Source of the DNA: Eukaryota sp. GEM-RC1
Lineage: Eukaryota
NCBI GenBank assembly: GCA_040285855.1
Contig: JAUFOQ010000013.1
Span: forward strand, 1,860,001-1,924,000
Reading direction: 5' to 3'
DNA length: 64,000 nucleotides
In this document: piece by piece, positions 29,278-42,100 of the stretch
Position numbering within the stretch: position 1 is the stretch's first letter
Layout of the letters: each line of letters starts with the position of its first letter
The notes under the pieces: model-generated
Seen by the model: only the letters and a program-made list of their open reading frames with translations
Database searches by the model: none
What the model was told of the DNA's origin: nothing
Position numbers and translations under genes: made by a program

Positions 29278-30910
29278 ATGTTTAAAAACGTAAAACCGTC
29301 CTTGGAGATGAGTATTCTCAGCATGGGATATCGTGTCTTTTTGTGATTTGGTCGTTTTGAGAGATACTAATCCTAATCAAAGTTGATACACATAACGCTG
29401 TTTGTTTGATATTGTAGACATTTTAATTAGTTCTCATCATTGAAAAAGATTTTCTTTTATTATTGATTGGGTTTACATCTTTGACATCTTTCAAGTTGTT
29501 CGACATTTTTGTATACTTATATTTTGTATCCAAATCATTGCCTCCAAAATATAAATTTGTAAGACCAAATGAAAAATACACTACTGTATGAAGACAGTAT
29601 AGACATGTGGTAATCAAATTTTTGATTTTGTATTGTTGTTGTATCACGGCCACTTGACATCATAACCATTGAGATGCTGATACTACAATCGTGTCTGTCA
29701 TCGATTTTAACAAAAGAGATAACAACACCTCTACATCATCCTATTTTTACGTCTTCCATTTATCGCTTTCTATTTCTCTCCATTAGTTGAGAAACTGTAC
29801 AAATTTGGTGTGAAGGTTAATGTTTAAAAACGTAAAAACGTCATTTTCAGGAGATGAGTATTCTCAGCATTGGGATATCGTGTCTTTTTGTGATTTGGTC
29901 GTTTTGAGAGATACTAATCCTAATCAAAGTTGATACACATAACGCTGTTTGTTTGATATTGTAGACATTTTAATTAGTTCTCATCATTGAAAAGATTTTC
30001 TTTTATTATTGATTGGGTTTACATCTTTGACATCTTTCAAGTTGTTCGACATTTTTGTATACTTATATTTTGTATCCAAATCATTGCCTCCAAAATATAA
30101 ATTTGTAAGACCAAATGAAAAATACACTACTGTATGAAGACAGTATAGACATGTGGTAATCAAATTTTTGATTTTGTATTGTTGTTGTATCACGGCCACT
30201 TGACATCATAACCATTGAGATGCTGATACTACAATCGTGTCTGTCATCGATTTTAACAAAAGAGATAACAACACCTCTACATCATCCTATTTTTACGTCT
30301 TCCATTTATCGCTTTCTATTTCTCTCCATTAGTTGAGAAACTGTACAAATTTGGTGTGAAGGTTAATGTTTAAAAACGTAAAAACGTCATTTTCAGGAGA
30401 TGAGTATTCTCAGCATTGGGATATCGTGTCTTTTTTGTGATTTGGTCGTTTTGAGAGATACTAATCCTAATCAAAGTTGATACACATAACGCTGTTTGTT
30501 TGATATTGTAGACATTTTAATTAGTTCTCATCATTGAAAAGATTTTCTTTTATTATTGATTGGGTTTACATCTTTGACATCTTTCAAGTTGTTCGACATT
30601 TTTGTATACTTATATTTTGTATCCAAATCATTGCCTCCAAAATATAAATTTGTAAGACCAAATGAGAAATACACTACTGTATGAAGACAGTAAAGACATG
30701 TGGTAATCATTTTTTGACTCTGTATTGTTGTTGTATCACAACCACTTGACATCATAACCATTGAGATGCTGATACTACAATCGCGTCTGTCATCGATTTT
30801 AACAAAAGAGATAACAAAACCTCTACATCATCCTATTTTTACATCTTCCATTTATCGCTTTCTATTTCTCTCCATTAGTTGAGAAACTGTACAAATTTGG
30901 TGTGAAGGTT
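29278..30910. repeat. Three consecutive ~547-bp deletion-variant monomers
   Basis: Junction CCAAATGA(A/G)AAATACA|CTACTGTATG at ~29580, ~30126 and ~30673; ORF echo spacing 29984 to 30531 = 547. Confidence 0.88.
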
Positions 30911-33319
30911 AATGTTTAAAAACGTAAAAACGTTCTTTTCAGGAGATGAGTATTCTCAGCATTGGGATATCGTGTCTTTTGTGATTTGGTCGTTTTGAGA
31001 GACACATAACGCTGTTAATTTGATATTGAAGACTTTTTAATTATTTCTAATCATTGAAACAGATTTTCTTTTATTATTGATTGGGTTTACATCTTTGACA
31101 TCTTTCAAGTTGTTCGACATTTTTGTATACTTATATTCCGTATCCAAATCATTGCCTCCAAAATGAAAATTTGTAAGACCAAATGCAAAATACAAAATCC
31201 ACACGACCAAAATATTTTTGTAAAAGAACTATTTTGTTTATTCTAAAATGGGACTTTCATTGTTGTGGAAGAACACGTCTAATTGACTTGTCCATACACT
31301 TTTGCTTGGGCTTTTGGTTACTCTAATATGGATGTGTGCCGTCAATAACACAAGCATCATGGAGCTACTTAAGATTGTCCACTTGTCTGCAACTGTAGTT
31401 GGAATAGTAGATGATTTCTTCTCCAATAAAGACCAATCATAAAATGAAACTCTTTTGTACACTACTGTATGAAGACAGTATAGACATGTGGTAATCAAAT
31501 TTTTGATTTTGTATTGTTGTTGTATCACAACCACTTGACATCATAACCATTGAGATGCTGATACTACAATCGCGTCTGTCATCGATTTTAACAAAGAGAT
31601 AACAAAACCTCTACATCATCCTATTTTTACATCTTCCATTTATCGCTTTCTTTTTTTCTCTCCATTAGTTGAGAAACTGTACAAATTTGGTGTGAAGGTT
31701 AATGTTTAAAAACGTAAAAACGTTCTTGGAGATGAGTATTCTCAGCATTGGGATATCGTGTCTTTTTGTGATTTGGTCGTTTTGAGAGATACTAATCCTA
31801 ATCAAAGTTGATACACATAACGCTGTTTGTTTGATATTGTAGACATTTTAATTAGTTCTCATCATTGAAAAAGATTTTCTTTTATTATTGATTGGGTTTA
31901 CATCTTTGACATCTTTCAAGTTGTTCGACATTTTTGTATACTTATATTTTGTATCCAAATCATTGCCTCCAAAATAAAAATTTGTAAGACCAAATGAAAA
32001 ATACACTACTGTATGAAGACAGTAAAGACATGTGGTAATCATTTTTTTGACTCTGTATTGTTGTTGTATCACAACCACTTGACATCATAACCATTGAGAT
32101 GCTGATACTACAATCGTGTCTGTCATCGATTTTAACAAAAGAGATAACAACTCCTCTACATCATCCTATTTTTACGTCTTCCATTTATCGCTTTCTATTT
32201 CTCTCCATTAGTTGAGAAACTGTACAAGTTTGGTGTGAAGGTTAATATTTAAAAACGTAAAAACGTCCTTTTCAGGAGATGAGTATTCTCAGCATTGGGA
32301 TATCGTGTCTTTTTGTGATTTGGTCGTTTTGAGAGATACTAATCCTAATCAAAGTTGATACACATAACGCTGTTAGTTTGATATTGAAGACATTTTAATT
32401 AGTTCTCATCATTGAAAAGATTTTATTTTTTATTTTTGATTGGGTTTACATCTTTGACATCTTTCAAGTTGTTCGACATTTTTATATACTTATATCCAGT
32501 ATCCAAATCATTGCCTCCAGAATATAAATTTGTGAGACCAAATGAAAAATACAAAATCCACACGACCAAAATATTTTTGTAAAGAACTATTTTGTTTATT
32601 CTAAAATGGGACTTTCATTATTGTAAAAAAACACGTCTAATTGTCTTGTCCATACACTTTTGCTTGGGCTTTTGGTTAATCTAATATGGATGTGTGCCGT
32701 TAATAACACAAGCATCATGGAGCTACTTAAGATTGTCCACTTGTCTGCAACCGTAGTTGGAATAGTAGATGATTTCTTCTCCAATAAAGACCAATCATAA
32801 AATGACAATCTTTTGTACACTACTGTATGAAGACAGTATAGACATGTGGTAATCAAATTTTTGATTTTGTATTGTTGTTGTATCACAACCATTGAGATGC
32901 TGATACTACAATCGCGTCTGTCATCGATTTTAACAAAAGAGATAACAAAACCTCTACATCATCCTATTTTTACATCTTCCATTTATCGCTTTCTATTTCT
33001 CTCCATTAGTTGAGAAACTGTACAAATTTCGTGTGAAGTTTAATGTTGAAAAACGTAAAAACGTCCTTTTCAGCAGATGAGTATTCTCAGCATTGGGATA
33101 TCGTGTCTTTTGTGATTTGGTCGTTTTGAGAGACACTAATCCTAACTTAAAGTTGATACACATAACGCTGTTAATTTGATATTGAAGACTTTTTAATTAT
33201 TTCTAATCATTGAAACAGATTTTCTTTTAATATTGATTGGGTTTACATCTTTGACATCTTTCAAGTTGTTCGACATTTTTGTATACTTATATTCCGTATC
33301 CAAATCATTGCCTCCAAAA

Positions 33320-34546
33320 GAGAGAGATGTTTATTCGGCACCCAATAAGGTAACCTTTCTACAAACTATGAAATTGTAAAAACAAACAAATAATACTAAG
33401 ATTAAATCCAAACGACTTCATCACCACCCGGTAAAAGATTACGTTTATCTACATGAACCTTCACACCAAACTTGTACAATTTCTCAATTAATCTAGAGAA
33501 ATAGAAAGGCATATTCCGATATATGGAAAACACTATACGGTTTTTCCATTCAGCCATTCTAAACTTACGCTTCTTTTCTTTACACAATTCTTCGAAATCC
33601 TTGAAAAATTGATCACCAGCAGGACTAATAGATCCAAAAAGAGAAACAGCAAAAGGTTGAAACACAAATTTGGAATATGAGTTTCTATTTAATTCTTCTA
33701 CTTGAGAGTCATACTTGGTGTGTTTGAGCTTTTCAGCTGCTGTTAATGGATTAAAAGAAGAATCTAATATCCTACTAACACAAGATTTGTTACATACATC
33801 TACTGTAGTAAAATCCATTAATGCTTGACTCGATTTAAGCCACGGAGTATGTAGATCCCCTCGTTTTTGATCAGTAAATTCATTTTCTGAAAGATGATTC
33901 AAAACTGGTTCAACTTTAGAGTGAAAACCATGTGCTTTAAACATGGAATAACAAGAATCACGTACACCATCATGAATTACTGCACGGAGATGAATAAAAT
34001 AACGACAATTAATTAAATGACGAAAAACACCATTAGCTCCACAAGAGCACGTTGAATAGTTTAATAAATTTGCAGGCCAAATAGCCAAACGAAGACGCAT
34101 ATTGATCATCCAAGCTTCATCAGATAGATGTAATCCATACACCTTTGGAATTTGAGAAATAAATCCAGAAGGTCCACTATTACAAAGATCGATTAAAAAA
34201 GCAGCGAACTCGGGACTATTAGTTTTAGCCAAGCTAATGCGATTATTAAAGTCCAAGAGTTCAAACTCCTTGTCAATTTATTTTGCAGCTTACATACAGC
34301 AGATGGTAGAGATGAAATATTTTTTAAAGGAGTCTCCTTCAAATGAGCAGGGAACAAAGATTCCCACATTTCAGGAGACAAAGATGATAACAAATCTTTA
34401 GCAGATTGAATCCAACGGCAATTACTGGAATTCAACAGATTGATTCCATCCAAGGGAAACCGTTTCAAAAATTCAAACATAAAATTCTTAACACCTCCTA
34501 AAAGAGCAGATTTTCTAATGATTTTTGCATGGGTGAAACCTACTCC
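33320..34546 (-). mobile_element. Family B 5'-truncated non-LTR retrotransposon (post-RT linker + CCHC + RLE)
   Basis: 11-bp TSD TGCCTCCAAAA (33309-33319 and 34547-34557); minus-strand 3' end ...AATAAACATCTCTCTC. Confidence 0.93.
33402..34546 (-). pseudogene. C-terminal part of non-LTR ORF, family B (one frameshift near 34260)
   Basis: GVGFT (GGLG-like post-RT motif), MRLRL, CSC-x7-HLINC, RAVIHD, KVEP, KRGDL, LMDFTTVD, AEKLKHTKY, FQPFAVSLFG; ORFs 34193-34609 and 33402-34256. Confidence 0.88.
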
Positions 34547-35229
34547 TGCCTCCAAAATATAAATTTGTAAGACCAAATAAAAAATACAAAATCCACACGA
34601 CCAAAACAAAATATTTTTGTAAAAGAACTATTTTGTTTATTCTAAAATGAGACTTTCATTGTTGTGGAAGAACACTTCTAATTGTCTTGTCCATACACTT
34701 TTGCTTGGGCTTTTGGTTAATCTAATATGGATGTGTGCCGTTAATAACACAAGCTACTTAAGATTGTCCACTTGTCTGCAACCATAGTTGGAATAGTAGA
34801 TGATTTCTTCTCCAATAAAGACCAATCATAAATTGACAATCTTTTGTACACTACTGTATGAAGACAGTATAGACATGTGGTAATCAATTTTTTTTGACTC
34901 TGTATTGTTGTTGTATCACAACCACTTGACATCATAACCATTGAGATGCTGATACTACAATCGCGTCTGTCATCGATTTTAACAAAAGAGATAACAACAC
35001 CTCTACATCATCCTATTTTTACGTCTTCCATTTATCGCTTTCTATTTCTCTCCATTAGTTGAGAAACTGTACAAATTTGGTGTGAAGGTTAATGTTTAAA
35101 AACGTAAAAACGTCCTTTTCAGGAGATGAGTATTCTCAGCATTGGGATATCGTGTCTTTTTGTGATTTGGTCGTTTTGAGAGATACTAATCCTAATCAAA
35201 GTTGATACACATAACGCTGTTTGTTTGAT

Positions 35230-36127
35230 GAATTACCCTTTATTAAAAACATTAAAATAAACACAAATACTAGAATTCAATATCATTAAAGCAACAATCA
35301 TTGCCATTAAAACTCACATCAGCTTTTTCTTCATAAAAAACACTGAGAGCTAATAGAGCTTTTGAAATCATGATAGGAATTGTTTTAAATATTGTAAAAA
35401 CAATACGATTCAACCAAAATTTGAAATCAAATTTCTTGTTCATTCTTTTTTTGACCACTTTCTCAAAATCAGAGAGAAAACAAAGAGCATCTCTACCAAG
35501 TCGACCATAAATTGAAATTGCAAAAGGACATAATTTGTACTCAACATGTCTAATATGTTTGAGAGCAGTCAGTGGTTCATCATATTTGTTTCTCTTGTAT
35601 TGTTCTGAAGAATTCAGTGGCGAAACTTCAGTTTTAGCATCCTTGAATGCACTTTTTTGCAAACATCCACAGTAATCACATCAACAACGGTTAGTTCATC
35701 ATTAACTGATGGAACAATAACATCAGCTCTTCGTTTACCAAAAGTCTTATCAGAATCACTATTTTTGAATTATTGATTTCCAGTGATCTCAACAGTGGCT
35801 CAACGAAAGATTCGATTTTGTAGGACTTACACATTGCATGAATTTGATCTCTAACAGCATCATGAATACAAGTTCTATAAGTAATGAAACGATTGCAACT
35901 CAAAAGGTGAGAAAAAGTAACTAATTTACCACATTTGCATTGAAGATCATTGGGTAAATTAGAGGGCCACAAGAAACATCGAAGTCTGAATGTAGTAGTC
36001 CATTGATGATCATTCAACAACAAACCATAAATCTGAGGAATTTGGTTAATCAAAGCAACTGAAGAACTGTCCTTTAAATCGATTAAAAAATTTGCGAAAG
36101 CTGGATTTTTTTCTTTGGCCGAGCCAA
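35230..36127 (-). mobile_element. Family C 5'-truncated non-LTR retrotransposon (CCHC + RLE)
   Basis: 11-bp TSD GTTTGTTTGAT (35219-35229 and 36128-36138); minus-strand 3' end ...AATAAAGGGTAATTC. Confidence 0.92.
35270..36127 (-). pseudogene. C-terminal part of non-LTR ORF, family C (frameshifted)
   Basis: FRLRC, CKC-x7-HLLSC, RTCIHDAVRD, FVEP, RRADV and DVITVD (in the bridging frame), SEQYKRNKY, LCPFAISIYG; ORFs 35691-36149 and 35270-35662. Confidence 0.86.
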
Positions 36128-39100
36128 GTTTGTTTGATATTGAAGACATTTTAATTAGTTCTCATCATTGAAAAAGATTTTCGTTTATTATTGATTGGGT
36201 TGACTTCTTTGACATCTTTCAAGTTGTTCGACATTTTTGTATACTTATATTCCGTATCCAAATCATTGCCTCCAAAATGAAAATTTGTAAGACCAAATGC
36301 AAAATACAAAATCCACACGACCAAAATATTTTTGTAAAAGAACTATTTTGTTTATTCTAAAATGGGACTTTCATTGTTGTGGAAGAACACGTCTAATTGA
36401 CTTGTCCATACACTTTTGCTTGGGCTTTTGTTTACTCTAATATGGATGTGTGCCGTCAATAACACAAACATCATGGAGCTACTTAAGATTGTCCACTTGT
36501 CTGCAACCGTAGTTGGAATAGTAGATGATTTCTTCTCCAATAAAGACCAATCATAAAATGACAATCTTTTGTACACTACTGTATGAAGACAGTATAGACA
36601 TGTGGTAATCAATTTTTTTTGACTCTGTATTGTTGTTGTATCACAACCACTTGACATCATAACCATTGAGATGCTGATACTACAATCGCGTCTGTCATCG
36701 ATTTTAACAAAAGAGATAACAAAACCTCTACATCATCCTATTTTTACATCTTCCATTTATCGCTTTCTATTTCTCTCCATTAGTTGAGAAACTGTACAAA
36801 TTTGGTGTGAAGGTTAATGTTTAAAAACGTAAAAACGTCCTTTTCAGGAGATGAGTATTCTCAGCATTGGGATATCGTGTCTTTTGTGATTTGGTCGTTT
36901 TGAGAGATACTAATCCTAATCAAAGTTGATACACATAACGCTGTTTGTTTGATATTGTAGACATTTTAATTAGTTCTCATCATTGAAACAGATTTTCTTT
37001 TATTATTGATTGGGTTTACATCTTTGACATCTTTCAAGTTGTTCGACATTTTTGTATACTTATATTTTGTATCCAAATCATTGCCTCCAAAATATAAATT
37101 TGTAAGACCAAATGAAAAATACACTACTGTATGAAGACAGTATAGACATGTGGTAATCAAATTTTTTGATTTTGTATTGTTGTTGTATCACGGCCACTTG
37201 ACATCATAACCATTGAGATGCTGATACTACAATCGTGTCTGTCATCGATTTTAACAAAAGAGATAACACCTCTACATCATCCTATTTTTACGTCTTCCAT
37301 TTATCGCTTTCTATTTCTCTCCATTAGTTGAGAAACTGTACAAATTTGGTGTGAAGGTTAATGTTTAAAAACGTAAAAACGTTCTTTTCAGGAGATGAGT
37401 ATTCTCAGCATTGGGATATCGTGTCTTTTTGTGATTTGGTCGTTTTGAGAGATACTAATTCTAATCAAAGTTGATATACAAAAACGCTGTTAATTTGATA
37501 TTGAAGACTTTTTAATTATTTCTCATCATTGAAACAGATTTTCGTTTATTATTGATTGGGTTGACATCTTTGACATCTTTCAAGTTGTTCGACATTTTTG
37601 TATACTTATATTCCGTATCCAAATCATTGCCTCCAAAATGAAAATTTGTAAGACCAAATGCAAAATACAAAATCCACACGACCAAAATATTTTTGTAAAA
37701 GAACTATTTTGTTTATTCTAAAATGGGACTTTCATTGTTGTGGAAGAACACGTCTCATTGACTTGTCCATACACTTTTGCTTGGGCTTTTGGTTACTCTA
37801 ATATGGATGTGTGCCGTCAATAACACAAGCATCATGGAGCTACTTAAGATTGTCCACTTGTCTGCAACCGTAGTTGGAATAGTAGATGATTTCTTCTCCA
37901 ATAAAGACCAATCATAAAATGACAATCTTTTGTACACTACTGTATGAAGACAGTATAGACATGTGGTAATCAATTTTTTTGACTCTGTATTGTTGTTGTA
38001 TCACAACCACTTGACATCATAACCATTGAGATGCTGATACTACAATCGCGTCTGTCATCGATTTTAACAAAAGAGATAACAACACCTCTACATCATCCTA
38101 TTTTTACGTCTTCCATTTATCGCTTTCTATTTCTCTCCATTAGTTGAGAAACTGTACAAATTTCGTGTGAAGGTTAATGTTGAAAAACGTAAAAACGTCC
38201 TTTTCAGCAGATGAGTATTCTCAGCATTGGGATATCGTGTCTTTTTGTGATTTGGTCGTTTTGAGAGATACTAATCCTAATCAAAGTTGATACACAAGGC
38301 GCTGTTAATTTGATATTGAAGACTTCTTGATTATTTCTCATCATTGAAACAGATTTTCTTTTATTATTGATTGGGTTTACATCTTTGACATCTTTCAAGT
38401 TGTTCGACATTTTTGTATACTTATATTCCGTATCCAAATCATTGCCTCCAAAATGAAAATTTGTAAGACCAAATGCAAAATACAAAATCCACACGACCAA
38501 AATATTTTTGTAAAAGAACTATTTTGTTTATTCTAAAATGGGACTTTCATTGTTGTGGAAGAACACGTCTAATTGACTTGTCCATACACTTTTGCTTGGG
38601 CTTTTGGTTACTCTAATATGGATGTGTGCCGTCAATAACACAAGCATCATGGAGCTACTTAAGATTGTCCACTTGTCTGCAACCATAGTTGGAATAGTAG
38701 ATGATTTCTTCTCCAATAAAGACCAATCATAAAATGACAATCTTTTGTACACTACTGTATGAAGACAGTATAGACATGTGGTAATCAATTTTTTTGACTC
38801 TGTATTGTTGTTGTATCACAACCACTTGACATCATAACCATTGAGATGCTGATACTACAATCGCGTCTGTCATCGATTTTAACAAAAGAGATAACAACAC
38901 CTCTACATCATCCTATTTTTACGTCTTCCATTTATCGCTTTCTATTTCTCTCCATTAGTTGAGAAACTGTACAAATTTGGTGTGAAGGTTAATGTTTAAA
39001 AACGTAAAAACGTCCTTTTCAGGAGATGAGTATTCTCAGCATTGGGATATCGTGTCTTTTTGTGATTTGGTCGTTTTGAGAGATACTAATCCTAATCAAA

Positions 39101-42100
39101 GTTGATACACATAACGCTGTTTGTTTGATATTGAAGACATTTTAATTAGTTCTCATCATTGAAAAAGATTTTCGTTTATTATTGATTGGGTTGACTTCTT
39201 TGACATCTTTCAAGTTGTTCGACATTTTTGTATACTTATATTCCGTATCCAAATCATTGCCTCCAAAATGAAAATTTGTAAGACCAAATGCAAAATACAA
39301 AATCCACACGACCAAAATATTTTTGTAAAAGAACTATTTTGTTTATTCTAAAATGGGACTTTCATTGTTGTGGAAGAACACGTCTAATTGACTTGTCCAT
39401 ACACTTTTGCTTGGGCTTTTGGTTACTCTAATATGGATGTGTGCCGTCAATAACACAAACATCATGGAGCTACTTAAGATTGTCCACTTGTCTGCAACCG
39501 TAGTTGGAATAGTAGATGATTTCTTCTCCAATAAAGACCAATCATAAAATGACAATCTTTTGTACACTACTGTATGAAGACAGTATAGACATGTGGTAAT
39601 CAATTTTTTTTGACTCTGTATTGTTGTTGTATCACAACCACTTGACATCATAACCATTGAGATGCTGATACTACAATCGCGTCTGTCATCGATTTTAACA
39701 AAAGAGATAACAAAACCTCTACATCATCCTATTTTTACATCTTCCATTTATCGCTTTCTATTTCTCTCCATTAGTTGAGAAACTGTACAAATTTGGTGTG
39801 AAGGTTAATGTTTAAAAACGTAAAAACGTCCTTTTCAGGAGATGAGTATTCTCAGCATTGGGATATCGTGTCTTTTTGTGATTTGGTCGTTTTGAGAGAT
39901 ACTAATCCTAATCAAAGTTGATACACATAACGCTGTTTGTTTGATATTGTAGACATTTTAATTAGTTCTCATCATTGAAACAGATTTTCTTTTATTATTG
40001 ATTGGGTTTACATCTTTGACATCTTTCAAGTTGTTCGACATTTTTGTATACTTATATTTTGTATCCAAATCATTGCCTCCAAAATATAAATTTGTAAGAC
40101 CAAATGAAAAATACACTACTGTATGAAGACAGTATAGACATGTGGTAATCAAATTTTTTGATTTTGTATTGTTGTTGTATCACGGCCACTTGACATCATA
40201 ACCATTGAGATGCTGATACTACAATCGTGTCTGTCATCGATTTTAACAAAAGAGATAACACCTCTACATCATCCTATTTTTACGTCTTCCATTTATCGCT
40301 TTCTATTTCTCTCCATTAGTTGAGAAACTGTACAAATTTGGTGTGAAGGTTAATGTTTAAAAACGTAAAAACGTTCTTTTCAGGAGATGAGTATTCTCAG
40401 CATTGGGATATCGTGTCTTTTTGTGATTTGGTCGTTTTGAGAGATACTAATTCTAATCAAAGTTGATGTACAAAAACGCTGTTAATTTGATATTGAAGAC
40501 TTTTTAATTATTTCTCATCATTGAAACAGATTTTCGTTTATTATTGATTGGGTTGACATCTTTGACATCTTTCAAGTTGTTCGACATTTTTGTATACTTA
40601 TATTCCGTATCCAAATCATTGCCTCCAAAATGAAAATTTGTAAGACCAAATGCAAAATACAAAATCCACACGACCAAAATATTTTTGTAAAAGAACTATT
40701 TTGTTTATTCTAAAATGGGACTTTCATTGTTGTGGAAGAACACGTCTCATTGACTTGTCCATACACTTTTGCTTGGGCTTTTGGTTACTCTAATATGGAT
40801 GTGTGCCGTCAATAACACAAGCATCATGGAGCTACTTAAGATTGTCCACTTGTCTGCAACCGTAGTTGGAATAGTAGATGATTTCTTCTCCAATAAAGAC
40901 CAATCATAAAATGACAATCTTTTGTACACTACTGTATGAAGACAGTATAGACATGTGGTAATCAATTTTTTTTGACTCTGTATTGTTGTTGTATCACAAC
41001 CACTTGACATCATAACCATTGAGATGCTGATACTACAATCGCGTCTGTCATCGATTTTAACAAAAGAGATAACAAAACCTCTACATCATCCTATTTTTAC
41101 ATCTTCCATTTATCGCTTTCTATTTCTCTCCATTAGTTGAGAAACTGTACAAATTTGGTGTGAAGGTTAATGTTTAAAAACGTAAAAACGTCCTTTTCAG
41201 GAGATGAGTATTCTCAGCATTGGGATATCGTGTCTTTTTGTGATTTGGTCGTTTTGAGAGATACTAATCCTAATCAAAGTTGATACACAAGGCGCTGTTA
41301 ATTTGATATTGAAGACTTCTTGATTATTTCTCATCATTGAAACAGATTTTCTTTTATTATTGATTGGGTTTACATCTTTGACATCTTTCAAGTTGTTCGA
41401 CATTTTTGTATACTTATATTTTGTATCCAAATCATTGCCTCCAAAATATAAATTTGTAAGACCAAATGAAAAATACACTACTGTATGAAGACAGTATAGA
41501 CATGTGGTAATCAAATTTTTTGATTTTGTATTGTTGTTGTATCACGGCCACTTGACATCATAACCATTGAGATGCTGATACTACAATCGTGTCTGTCATC
41601 GATTTTAACAAAAGAGATAACACCTCTACATCATCCTATTTTTACGTCTTCCATTTATCGCTTTCTATTTCTCTCCATTAGTTGAGAAACTGTACAAATT
41701 TGGTGTGAAGGTTAATGTTTAAAAACGTAAAAACGTTCTTTTCAGGAGATGAGTATTCTCAGCATTGGGATATCGTGTCTTTTTGTGATTTGGTCGTTTT
41801 GAGAGATACTAATTCTAATCAAAGTTGATGTACAAAAACGCTGTTAATTTGATATTGAAGACTTTTTAATTATTTCTCATCATTGAAACAGATTTTCGTT
41901 TATTATTGATTGGGTTGACATCTTTGACATCTTTCAAGTTGTTCGACATTTTTGTATACTTATATTCCGTATCCAAATCATTGCCTCCAAAATGAAAATT
42001 TGTAAGACCAAATGCAAAATACAAAATCCACACGACCAAAATATTTTTGTAAAAGAACTATTTTGTTTATTCTAAAATGGGACTTTCATTGTTGTGGAAG

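Noticed and set aside
28610..34760. Small private indels in monomers (12-bp duplication ~28620; deletions ~31003, ~32890, ~34753)
   Set aside because: Ordinary slippage or microhomology events without further structure.
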